Origin: Salisapilia sapeloensis CBS 127946
Taxonomy: Eukaryota > Protista > Oomycota
Assembly: GCA_023334545.1 (NCBI GenBank)
Contig: JAADVB010000088.1
Span: forward strand, 1-64,000
Length of the DNA: 64,000 nucleotides
Direction: 5' to 3'
Part shown: one piece after another, positions 32,375-43,361 of the stretch
Layout: each line of letters starts with the position of its first letter
Numbering within the stretch: the stretch's first letter is position 1
Position numbers and translations under genes: made by a program
The notes under the pieces: generated by a model
The model's input: the letters and a program-made list of their open reading frames with translations, nothing else
Told to the model about the DNA's origin: nothing
Databases searched by the model: none

Positions 32375-33814
32375 TTACACAGACGTCATTGCTTGGTATC
32401 CCTTGATGAGTCCAGCACCATAGCCATTGTTCGGGTACGAAGATGAAGGAGTGCATGTGGATATATCGCTGGCCAGCTCGCGGTCCGCGTTTGCTTGTAA
32501 CAACTCCTTGACGTCGTCCACATTCAACTCTTTGTTCTTGCTTTTGAGTAGCAATGCAATGCCTGCAGTATGTGGAGCTGCCATACTCGTACCGGACTTG
32601 TATACGTAGCTTGTATCGGAAGCAATACCTGCTGATCGAATATTTGCACCAGGTGCAACAACGTCAGGCTTGGTGTGGCCTTGGTAGTTTGGTCCACGAC
32701 TGCTTCGGTCGACAAGACGATCTCCGTTAGTGGCATCAATCGAGCCGACACCAATGACAGTGGTGTAATCTCCTGGTGACACAACTGTTTGGCAGCTCGG
32801 ACCGCTGTTGCCGATTGCAAATACGCTAATCATGTCAAGGGCATGCCATGTCTTCATTGCGCACGTGTAGCTTGTATCGCCATAGGATGTGCCCCAACTA
32901 TTAGTGACTACATCTGGAGCTGCATTGCAATCCGAGTTACTTTGTGGTGACCAATAGTCGTGAGGACAGGCCATGAAATCCATACAGGCTATAAGAGCGC
33001 TCTTCCAGCACCCGTTAGATCGGCAGCCCATGCATGCAATCCACTCAGCACCAGGAGCAACACCGATGCCATTCGATCCCACCGCAATGCCCATCGTGTG
33101 GGTTCCGTGACCATGGTCGTCCTGTGGCTGACTCATCGACTCGTCGTATGGGTTGTACCAACCTTTGTAAGATCGGTAACGGTCTTCAAGCGACTCATGT
33201 TTAAGGAAAACACCAGTATCAATGGATCCAATCACCGTTCCTTCCCCCAACGTTTGGTCATGCTCCCACACTTGGGGAGCTTGAACATCAGTAACACCCG
33301 GTTCAGCGTTGGCAGTATCCAGCACTTGAGCAGCGATAAAGTCACTCACAAAAGAGAATAGCGCATCGATAAGAGGGATGTTGGAGACTAAGGTTTCCAG
33401 AAGCTGTAGGCTAGGCTTCTTGATTACAAGTTCCATCGACGTGAAGTGGCATCGACAACCCTCATGCTCACTCGGATTAGAGTCACATTCGTTTAAAATG
33501 TCTTGGAACTTGGTAGTACACATTTGCTTTAACGCTGCAACCACTTTGCTCTTGTAGTTTGGATCAGTCTTCGAAATGGAGATGAAGATAGCGTCCATTT
33601 CTGCTTGGACCGGCGTTTGGGACGCTACCATCATTATATCAGGAACGTTTTCTAGTCCCAACTTGGTTAGCGTAGTAGACACTGTTTTATCGACTGCAGC
33701 TAGAGCGTCCCCGAGTAGGCCAGCTTGCGCTTCGGCATTGGTTGGTGTAAACGTGCTGGAAGCAACCGAGGTTACGACCAGTACGGCTTTGACAAGCGAC
33801 GAGATCAAGTTCAT
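32375..33814 (-). CDS. Secreted subtilisin-like serine protease (S8A), array copy 3
   Basis: ATG at 33814; IDTG, HGTHT, AIGNSG, GTSMAAPHT; strongly divergent, Cys-containing prodomain. Confidence 0.92.
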   Translation of the reverse strand: MNLISSLVKAVLVVTSVASSTFTPTNAEAQAGLLGDALAAVDKTVSTTLTKLGLENVPDIMMVASQTPVQAEMDAIFISISKTDPNYKSKVVAALKQMCTTKFQDILNECDSNPSEHEGCRCHFTSMELVIKKPSLQLLETLVSNIPLIDALFSFVSDFIAAQVLDTANAEPGVTDVQAPQVWEHDQTLGEGTVIGSIDTGVFLKHESLEDRYRSYKGWYNPYDESMSQPQDDHGHGTHTMGIAVGSNGIGVAPGAEWIACMGCRSNGCWKSALIACMDFMACPHDYWSPQSNSDCNAAPDVVTNSWGTSYGDTSYTCAMKTWHALDMISVFAIGNSGPSCQTVVSPGDYTTVIGVGSIDATNGDRLVDRSSRGPNYQGHTKPDVVAPGANIRSAGIASDTSYVYKSGTSMAAPHTAGIALLLKSKNKELNVDDVKELLQANADRELASDISTCTPSSSYPNNGYGAGLIKGYQAMTSV

Positions 33815-33890
33815 GATCAGCAAAAAGTCTTAGGCGCGAAATGTGATTTTTGGGGAATGGGAGTACTTGCAAGGTGTAAGCTAGAGCAAG

Positions 33891-33907
33891 AAAGTTGAGA
33901 AATGAGC
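33891..33907 (-). promoter_or_regulatory. Inr+FPR-like element upstream of subtilase copy 3
   Basis: GCTCATTTCTCAACTTT on the minus strand, ~78 nt upstream of the ATG. Confidence 0.62.
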
Positions 33908-36136
33908 CTTTAGTGCATCTCTTCCTCAATACTTGCCCCGTCGAGCAAACTTTCGAAGCAATGTTTCCGCTAAGCGACATGAGAAAAGACGCTGTAGGGA
34001 TTGCTAAGATAGGCAGAAGAAAGCATATAGTTCGAAATGAGCATCTAAGATCATGAGAATACGTATCGAATATACTTTTTGACGATACACGTCGTCATTC
34101 GAAGGGGCGTTGTTGAGATAGTGGGAGCGTCGAAATTGTTTGCTTGTTAGGACACTTTGGAAGAAAAGCGTGGGGATCGTAATCCGCAGAGAAATATTTT
34201 CATACAAGTTTGCAGCATTAAAAAGGATCTAACGAATGTCATGTCTTCCGTCGAGGCTATGAAAAACTTCTATAGGGACGCTAAGGCACGATAGTACGTG
34301 CTGTGGTCCTACAAATAGCATGGAAAAAATCCATGCGCCTGCTCGAGCAAAAGACAGTGTCGTATGCGTCGTGAGTTCCATACCAAATAAAAAACTCACT
34401 TAAAGGAGTCTTTCCTCTTACTGTAGTCAGACGTAAAGGAATTACAATAAAAGTTACTAGCATGATACGGCATGTAGAGTGCTTTTCATTTGCCACAAAT
34501 GCTAGACTAATGAGGTTACTATTGCCCTCCATCCATACGTAGACAGACTACTTAGATCGCTACGCAGAAGAAATACTTTTTGTGCGCATTGCGATTGTAT
34601 TTACATACCAGCCTGTCGTCATGTCCCCGTGAGTGCCAACATGGAGAAGAAAAGTTCACGTTCGTAGAATAGAAAGTTATGAGGAGGAAGGTCGTCATAC
34701 TTTTCGAAAATATCGATTTGCTTCAAAGAGGTTGTTTCGTGCCAAGCTGACATCTTTCGTCTATATCCGCAGAATAAGCGCCGCCGAAGACAACTCAAAG
34801 TCGAGGGGGTGAAGGATCGGACATATTGGCTCATTTGTATTCAAAGAAATTCAAATTTTTGGTCTGGTAACAACAAACGAGTTTGCATGATCCATGAGAT
34901 ACAGCACATATAATTTGTTTAAAGTTAATAGCCTCGCAAACTCTTGATATATGTACTGGGCTTGTAGCAACGACGGCTGATTGAGAAGATCCTCTACTTC
35001 CGTTTTAATTGACAATCTAGTCGTTCCCACTACTACCCCATTAACGCTTTACGTGTCTACATGGTGCCAAAGTGTTTGGCTTAAGCATTAATAATTGTGA
35101 TACTGCAATTGATCCTGATATATGTATGCACCTATGGTACGAGTTCGGAGCTACTGGAAATGAATTAAAGATAGAATGAGCACATCTACTTAGTCATAGA
35201 AACCCGTTTTGCTAAGTGATTTAGCAGCGATCTCATCTCGATAACTTGTTCCAAAGCATATCGCTTTACGGACCATTCCAAGGTTACCGGCTATAAGCAC
35301 AAGACATTTTCAACTCAAGGCGCATACAAGGGATGTGTATGCCTACCAGTGGTTAAGCTTCCAGCGAGCCTCAAAAAGTTAGCTGGTTTCGTGCGATGAA
35401 TCGCAAGACTATGAAGTGACTCTAAAAAGCATTCATCGGCCACAGCTAGATATCACGACAGCACTGCACATTTTAACTATTAGACGCAGTTGTTTTTGCT
35501 GATCAATATCACAAGATAGGCACTTGAACGGTAATTTATCAAAGTACGCTCGTAGTAGCCATGAAGGGAAGGATACTCGTCGACAATGCATTTCGACTTA
35601 AATAGTTTATTTCACTGTCTATCCACACGACAACAGCTAGATTGGTATTTGAGCACAGTGAAGCATCAAGCTTTAAATGCTCTTAGCCAACAATCGAGTA
35701 TAAGCGATGCCAACTACCCTCCCCCGGCTCAGAACCAAAGTTCAGTCTTCCCAATCGTCGACGACATGATGAAGAGACATGCGTGACGAAAGTTACACTA
35801 TCTCTCAAGCAAGATGGTAAACTGCCAACGACGACAAACAGAGGAGTAGTCAATCGTCCAGATAGCATATTGCTACAGTCCTACACGAATTTGACCTCTC
35901 AAAGTTACCAGACCAGACCAGACTTACAAACTCTTATGTCCATTACTTTTGACATTGACTCACTATGATGTAATATACATAAAGCACCTCATCTGCTTAT
36001 CATAAAGGCACACGATTTCTTTATCTTCAAATGCGTAAAATTTATGCACATTAAGTGGATGCATCACTCGTACCCCCACCTACATCTTTGCCTCTTCTTT
36101 GGCTCAGCTACTCTGTCAAGAGTGATCTATGCGAAA

Positions 36137-37522
36137 TTACACAGCGTCGATCGCGGCTTCAATGTTCAATCGACCGTAACCGTATTGGTTGTTCGGGAAT
36201 GTGCCGTCGTCAATACCACCACAGGCACGGGTCGTCATGGCCAGGCCTTCCGTCACGGCTGTACTTGTTAGCGCATGCAAAACATCGTCGAATTCCATGT
36301 CTCCCTTTGCAGCAATCATCAAGGCAATGGCTCCAGACACATGTGGCGCAGCCATACTTGTACCGGTGTCCGTGGCATACGCGTCGTCATCTGTGTACCA
36401 AGCGGATTTGATGTCCGTGCCAGGGGCAGAGATCTCAGGCTTGAGCTTGCCCTTCATGCCCGGACCTCTGCTGCTTCTTTCATTCAGTCCATCTGTCTGG
36501 TTCGTGTTGCCAACGGAGATGACATTCGGGTAGTCTCCAGGCGACGTAGCAGTACTACAAAGAGGGCCATTGTTTCCGTTCGACACAACAGGGATGATAC
36601 TCGCGCTGTGCCATGCTTCCACAATGTCTTCATAAAAGTCCAAATTGCTTCCACCGCCCCAACTATTACTGACGATATGAGGAGCCTTTGAGCAGTCTTC
36701 GTTCTCGCCGTTCGTGTCATGTGGACACGCAATGTACTCGCCACAAGCGAGCAGATCAGATTGGTAGCAACCAGTGGCACGGCATCCTTTGCAGGCCATC
36801 CAACCAACACCAGGTGCGACACCAATGCCATTCGAGCCAGCGATGATGCCCATCGTGTGCGTACCATGACCGGAGCTGTCGTTTGGCTTCTCAGACTTTT
36901 CGTATGGGTCGAACCAGCCAAAGTCACCGATGAAGTTTCCTTCGAGAGCTTCATGCGTGCCTCGGACGCCAGAATCAATGTTAGCTACGATGACACCTTC
37001 ACCTGTGTTTCCGCTGTCCCAAAGCTTCGGCGCATTGATCTTTTCGATACCCCACTCAGCGTCGGATGAGTTGTTTACCACGACGGCAGATTGATCACTT
37101 AGTACAGGCAGTGGTAACACGAGCTCTTCTGCCACTGACTTTACACTTGGGAGGTTTGCAATTGCGTTGACGACCTCCTCCGTCGCGCCTTCAACATAGA
37201 TCGCGTTGGAAATCCAGTGGCACTTGTACTGCCGGAACTTTTCTGCTTGCGCATTGAGGTTGTCTTCCACTTCTTTTTGTGTAGACTTTGCCGCATCGCG
37301 CAAAGCTTTCACGACAGCCTTAATACGCTCTTCTCGACTGTTAAAAAAGTCTTCTACGAACGATAGAGGGGAAGCAATCGGTTTCTCCATCGTGACGATC
37401 AGATTGGATTCGCCTTGGGATTTTAATGCCCGATGGACACCTGGATCAACAAATGCAGCATCAGACATTGTTGCGATGGTCACAACGGTGGCGAGCGCGG
37501 AAGCAAAGGATATCGACACCAT
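36137..37522 (-). CDS. Secreted subtilisin-like serine protease (S8A), array copy 4
   Basis: Signal peptide; I9-like prodomain (DPGVHRAL...WISNAIYVEGA); IDSG, HGTHT, SNGNNG, GTSMAAPHV. Confidence 0.93.
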   Translation of the reverse strand: MVSISFASALATVVTIATMSDAAFVDPGVHRALKSQGESNLIVTMEKPIASPLSFVEDFFNSREERIKAVVKALRDAAKSTQKEVEDNLNAQAEKFRQYKCHWISNAIYVEGATEEVVNAIANLPSVKSVAEELVLPLPVLSDQSAVVVNNSSDAEWGIEKINAPKLWDSGNTGEGVIVANIDSGVRGTHEALEGNFIGDFGWFDPYEKSEKPNDSSGHGTHTMGIIAGSNGIGVAPGVGWMACKGCRATGCYQSDLLACGEYIACPHDTNGENEDCSKAPHIVSNSWGGGSNLDFYEDIVEAWHSASIIPVVSNGNNGPLCSTATSPGDYPNVISVGNTNQTDGLNERSSRGPGMKGKLKPEISAPGTDIKSAWYTDDDAYATDTGTSMAAPHVSGAIALMIAAKGDMEFDDVLHALTSTAVTEGLAMTTRACGGIDDGTFPNNQYGYGRLNIEAAIDAV

Positions 37523-38059
37523 TTCTCAAAACGAACGATGTACTTGTGGCCAACTCGGGAGATCGACGAATGAACACCACGACATCGTGCGATGTTAACG
37601 AGAGACAGAGCCCAGACGGGATCACTTCATTATCAGATAGGATGCAGATACCCATTTTTGTAAAAAAAGTTGTTGTGTCGTGAATGCGTAGGTGAATTGT
37701 GGAGGGTGTATTGATCACGTGTCTCTCATCTAGCTCGAAGCAGACTTTGTTAGACTTCTCGTCATATATTCATGTGCACATGCTGGACTCTATGAAAATC
37801 TAAATGACTACTTGTCGAAATCTAACAGTGTGCTTTCCATCCTGCTGGGAATCCAGCAAGGATACATCGACAAATTTCCCGGCACAGAATCACTTGATTG
37901 ACAACTGTAATGACTGAAATCCAGCATCATGATCTCTATGCTGCGTCTGTGATGGCCGTTTCTGAGAATTTCACTAACTTTCAACCTCAACTGGCGGATC
38001 TATCGGCGGTACTTAGTACTACAGTAGCCTTGTAAAACAAAAAATAGATTATTCGTTTC

Positions 38060-38893
38060 TTAGAGCCAACTAGCAATGTACAATCCCCAGTAACTCGCTT
38101 GCATGAAGACACCAGAGAGGAGTGGGAGTGTCAAGTTCTCATCCCATCCATTCACCTCCGTGCTTTCAGCTGCGCCGGCACATACACCAGCAACGAGGGC
38201 ATTCGTCCATGTATCCGATGCCGACATGGAAACTCCTCGGACCATAATATCGTACACGGCGGAGACGAGCGTGCAGGCGACGACGCATCCGACCAAGCCA
38301 GCGTACGACTTGTCTCCACTGAGCGCATTACGAAGTCTTCTCTGCACATTCTGGTCTCCATACAATCGACCTGCCAAGGCAGCCGATGGATCGCCTACTG
38401 CTAACTATATATAAATTCAGTAACCTTGTGTCTCTACGTGGGTCGATGGACGTACGTGCAGGATTGCGAGTCGTGCAATGTGAGCTGGGAAACTTGCTAG
38501 TGCAATTGCTGCGCCGATGAGGAAGAAATACAGACCTGGCAATGCATTTGCACTAACTTCCTTCTTACGAAGAAGTCCACCAAAGTACTGCTGATACATA
38601 TCATTTACACGCGTGTTGGACGCTCGCTTGGCGTTTAAAAAGTGGAAGGAGCAGGCGCCCGCCCCCAGAATGATGCAAGTCATAAACCAACCATAGTACA
38701 CACTCGATGCAACGATCAGTAGCCCAGTGGCAGCATGCTGCCCCTTGCGTCGTAGATATAAATCGCCTCGAAATGCCATATTCAGTCTACTATTGCCAGA
38801 TCGCTTGGAAGCTCGGGTTGGACGCTTCTGACCGCCGACGAGAATCTGAAATGCAAAGATGGAGAGGAAGACGATAGCAGTCGAAGAAATCAT
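38060..38893 (-). CDS. CTP-dependent lipid kinase (DGK1 / phytol kinase / dolichol kinase-like), 2 exons
   Basis: LRRKGQHAATG, LLRKKE, |LAVGDPSAALAGRLYG, GDKSYAGLVG, WDENLTLP; polytopic membrane protein. Confidence 0.8.
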
Positions 38894-39102
38894 GGCAGAT
38901 AGCTCCAACGAAGCTGGACGGCTCCGGTCGAACGCCCGAGATGGGTGACGTCATGGAAATGTAGCCACTTGTACCGTCGACGTACCATGGATCGATACGG
39001 ATGCCTAGCCAAGTTTCCGTGAGACGAATATGATTTTTAGCCCTCCATTTTTCATTCTGCATGTACTTGTGCAGTCAATTCATTACATATTCCTTATCCA
39101 CA

Positions 39103-39131
39103 CGTACACGAGACTAACACGTTCGTGTACG
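39103..39131. repeat. Perfect 9-bp inverted repeat (stem-loop) downstream of the desaturase
   Basis: CGTACACGA (39103-39111) / TCGTGTACG (39123-39131) with an 11-nt loop. Confidence 0.6.
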
Positions 39132-39235
39132 ACCAAGATGTAGACGAACAAAGGCAAAGATAAATGCGTATTCACGGTGCACGAAAAAGACTTGATTTTT
39201 AATAAAGTGGAGGGGACATGCTGATCATCCTAAGC

Positions 39236-40222
39236 CTAGTTGGCCTTCTTGAGTTCGGCCAATGCAGCCTGGGGGTCGTCACGTTCTTCGTCAATGACCT
39301 CCTTGACCTTCTTCGGGCTCGAGCTGCTCGAAGCCTGCTCCTTCTCCGTCTTACTCTTCTGCATCGCAGCCCAAATGTTGGTTGCACGACGACGGTCGTA
39401 GACAAGACCAACAGACGCAAGCAAGTCGATCGTCAACTTGGTCGGGTTGTACTGTTCCGACGCTCCCAACTCACTCGTGGCGTAGTCGTACGGGAACTTG
39501 TGGTGCCAGTTGTGCCAGCCCTCGCCAACGGCAAAGAAGGACACGAACGCGTTCTCACGCGGAGGAATGTCCGCGTACGGCTGGTAACCGTAGAAGTGAG
39601 CGGCACTGTTCACGAGCCACGTCGCGTGGAGGACGAGGGTGTAACGAAGGAAGCCGCAGATGAAGAGCGCGTTGAACCACGACTCGTCGGCAGCCTTCAT
39701 GGTCACGAGCATCGGGAAAGCAAAGCACATGAAGAGGTTTCCCCACGGGTTCAGTTTCTCCTGAAGCACGACCACCCAGTCGGCCCACAGGTCGTCATAG
39801 TTGAGCTTCTTACCGGCCGCATGGACTTCCGGTGCCTTCTTCTGGAGCAACCAGCCCATGTGCGCGAAGAAGAATCCGCGGCCAGAGTTGTGCGGGTCGG
39901 CGACCGTGTCGGAGTACTTGTGGTGGACACGGTGGTCACGCGTCCAGTGGAAGATCGTGCCTTGGTTGGCCATCGAGTTACAGAGCATGAGGAAAAATCG
40001 GACGGATCCGTGGGCCTTGTACGATTTGTGGGCCCATAGTCGGTGGGCACCAGCAGTGATGCCGACACCGCTAAAGTAGTAGAAGATGAGACCAAGGAGG
40101 TATGTCTGCCACTTGCAGTCGAAGAGGCATGCCAGACCGACGATCGCACCGATGTGGACGATGGACATGTAGTAGATCATGAACCAATTGGCCTCCTTGT
40201 AAAGTTCCGCCCAGGTTGCCAT
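39236..40222 (-). CDS. SCD: Delta-9 fatty acid (stearoyl-CoA) desaturase
   Basis: His boxes HRLWAH, HRVHH and HNWHH; GITAG, NSGRGFFFAHMGW, GEGWHN, FPYDY; strong codon bias. Confidence 0.96.
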   Translation of the reverse strand: MATWAELYKEANWFMIYYMSIVHIGAIVGLACLFDCKWQTYLLGLIFYYFSGVGITAGAHRLWAHKSYKAHGSVRFFLMLCNSMANQGTIFHWTRDHRVHHKYSDTVADPHNSGRGFFFAHMGWLLQKKAPEVHAAGKKLNYDDLWADWVVVLQEKLNPWGNLFMCFAFPMLVTMKAADESWFNALFICGFLRYTLVLHATWLVNSAAHFYGYQPYADIPPRENAFVSFFAVGEGWHNWHHKFPYDYATSELGASEQYNPTKLTIDLLASVGLVYDRRRATNIWAAMQKSKTEKEQASSSSSPKKVKEVIDEERDDPQAALAELKKAN

Positions 40223-40255
40223 ATTGGATGTCGATGCGCTTGTGATCTACAAAGT

Positions 40256-40271
40256 AGATTTGGAAATGAGC
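40256..40271 (-). promoter_or_regulatory. Inr+FPR-like element upstream of the desaturase
   Basis: GCTCATTTCCAAATCT on the minus strand, ~34 nt upstream of the ATG. Confidence 0.65.
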
Positions 40272-40614
40272 TTTAGGATGGACCGGAAGGTGGCAATGGA
40301 TCGGTATCGTCTCAGTCCACGCAATCTCCATTTTGGTCGGATGTCATCTCGATGCCATCTCCTTTGACTTGAACTAATTATGTGACCGACTCCCTCCACA
40401 CGTATCAGCTGTTGACGCAATAGTGGCCCAGGACTGGTTCCGCTCGTTGCAACGCCAGTGAATTCAACTCGGTTGCAATGACATGGCGGTCTACAACACA
40501 TGAACACCAGCCCTTGGTACGTATGACACCAAATCATGATCCAAAAGAAAAATATCTCAGAAGATGAAAAAGAGTTGATTTCATTCTATTCCTTTTTCCA
40601 ACACATCACCACAA

Positions 40615-42993
40615 TTAAGCCCAAAGCTGTCGTAGACGGTAGTGAAGATTAACGGCCGTCGGACGTGCCTTTGGGTCTCGACTGACGCAATCCATGATCA
40701 ACTGCCGAACGCTCGAGGGACAATCGTCATGCACCAATGGCTTAATATCCGTCGTGGTAACCAATAATGCGATCTTGGCTTCCGAGTACGGAGCTGCATT
40801 CCCTCGCTTGTGTCCGTTATAAGGATGACCGCAAGTGTCCAATTCGCTCAATAGAATGCCAAACGAGTAAATGTCCGCAGACGTAGAGTAGTGGTCACCT
40901 AGCAACACTTCTGGTGCAATCCACGCAGTCGTGCCAACACCGCCCGTATACGAGTTCGTCTCTTCATCCAAGACTTCTCGACTCACGCCAAAGTCCCCGA
41001 CCTTGGCTTCGAAATCACTTCCAAGCAAAATGTTCTTCGACTTAAGGTCGCGATGCATCACCGGTTGATCCAATGAATGCAAGTACACGAGTGCCTCTGC
41101 AACGTCCAAAGCGATGGACGCTTTCGGCGTCGGAGACGAGTGTGGATCCATCCACGTGAAGCGCTGTCGACCATCAAGTGACTTAGCAGTCTCTTTGAGC
41201 AAAGCATTTAAATCTCCATTCGGCATGTACTCGAGTAACAAAGACAAGTCCATGAGGTTGGTCCACGATAGGCCGATGAACCGGACGATCTTTGGATGTT
41301 CCAGTCGAGCGTACAGTCGAATTTCATCCATGAACATTTTTAATAAAGCAGCATCGTTTGCATACTTCGGTAACAATCGTTTGACCACCACGTCTTGCCC
41401 GTACAATGATGCCAATGATACGGTACCGTATCCACCATGGGCAATCTCACCCACTATCTGCAAGGCTTCCTGTGACATACGATACGGAATCAGCATTGTA
41501 TCATTTCGAACGTCATTCGAAAGGTATCCCGACGTGTTCGTCAAGAATGTTTCTCCCACGACTGACTCGTTCATAGACAGCGTGGCAAAGTCAGTCCCAC
41601 CTGATGCTGGTGGAGCTTGGTTGCCGGGTTTGTTCGTTATTTGTCCTGGAACACCCGTGTAGCTGTCCTCTCGATGTTTCCGCCGTTGACGAATAAAGAC
41701 AGCCAAGATAATAGCTGCGATAATGACGGCACCTACGACCACAGAGACGATCACATACGTGGTAGAATTGGAGGGTTTGTCACTGGATGCTGTACCATCC
41801 GTACTAAAACCACTTTGATCTGTATCAACTAAGGAAGAAGACGATGCAGGTGTAGAAATACCTTTTGGATCGGCATCTGTACCACTCGCTTTACCTGTGT
41901 CATCGCTTTTCTTACTCCCATCGCTTGTGCTAGTCCCTGTTTCATTTTCTCCATTACTGTCGCTTTCTTTTTCGAAGGCTGACGGGTATTTAGACGCAAA
42001 TGTATCGTCATCAATCACACAAATGGAAAACTTTCCCACGTTTTCGAGCTCACCATCGGTACAAGAGCTAACTGAAACTTCTATATTCAACTGCGCATTC
42101 CGTAGGACTGCTAGATCCGACTCTCGAACCTCAAAAGTGGATACGGATGCGCCACCTAAAGTGAGCTTTTGTAGTTTCGAAGGGATAACAAACCCTTGGA
42201 TAGACGTGACACCACAATTGCTACACTCGAAAGATCGAAGTGTATCTGGAAACACGGCACCTTCAAGAGATGACAAGTCCGTGTTTCCATTAGCATATAG
42301 TTGTTGGAGTCGAGACGGAAACCGAAAATCTCCCAACGACGTCAATTCATTCTTACGAATCCACCTACAGTAGGTAGTGAGTGAATCGGTAACCAAAGCA
42401 GCTCAACAAGAGTACATACAAATCCTGTAGTTTTGCTGGAAAGTCACTCGCTTTTGCTTTTTCAATGGAGTTTAAATCTAGAAAAAGCTGCTGCAGACTG
42501 TCTGGCAAGTGAATGCCAGACAAGCTTGTCAACCCATTACCAGTCAAGTCTCTAATCAAAGGTCAGAAAGGTGTCATTTACTACACAAGGGATCCACTTA
42601 CACTTCTTTTAAGCTGGGGCCATCTGAGACAAAGTAGGAAATGGCATTATTCGTGAGGTGCCTATGACAATAATAAGAGATGAGGCGGGAATGATGCCAT
42701 ATTACTAGTAGTTGCGTAAAACAAGGTACATACAGCGCTTCAACGTTCGGGTAGCTCAATACACTTTCGATGTTCATATCGTTGGCCTCAATCATGTACT
42801 CACCCGGGTTAATGTAGCTGTCTACTTTGATCTCTTTGTCGTCGCAAGAGGGCGATACAATGAGCGCATTCTTCCCGTCACCAGCAACAAGACTAGTGTT
42901 CTGTGGTGCCTCAATGCCTATAGAAGAGCAGGTCTTGCAAGTCGCGCATGGGAGAGCTAGCACGAGGCATACGACCTGAATCGCAGCACGCAT
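40615..42993 (-). CDS. LRR receptor-like kinase (signal peptide, LRRs, TM, TKL kinase), 4 exons
   Basis: Signal peptide MRAAIQVVCLVLALPCATC; LRR units (LTGNGLTSL, LDLNSIE, IRKNELTSL, ANGNTDL); TM YVIVSVVVGAVIIAAIILAVFI; kinase GGYG, VVKRL, HRDLKSKN, DFG, APE. Confidence 0.9.
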
Positions 42994-43361
42994 TGGGTGG
43001 TAGTAATTAGAAAATGTTCCTAGAGCGAACTGACTGTGATTGCGTAAAATCCAGTTCGTCTTCGCTTAAATGAGCTGTTCAAGAAGGATTTCCGCAGTCA
43101 TTAAACTTTTCCATAAATGAGAAGGCACATTGAAACTGCCAAGGTACACATCGAGGAGCATATCTGATCCGAACGCTACGCGTTATAGGAAGACTCGTAG
43201 ACCAGGTACTTGTTTTGGCAAAAAGAGAGTCAGCGTGAAAAGTAATGTCTTTATTTTCGGTTGTCAAACCGAAGATATCTGCTCGATCGTAATATATTTA
43301 GACTCGGAAAATGTATGCCACTTCAACATGAGATCCACTGATCTGTGAGCACACTACAGAA

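Noticed and set aside
39218-40039. 273-aa plus-strand ORF antisense to the desaturase (similar cases: 49002-49559 over RPS27A and 62549-63235 over WrbA)
   Set aside because: Shadow ORFs produced by the strong codon bias of highly expressed genes; no motifs of their own.
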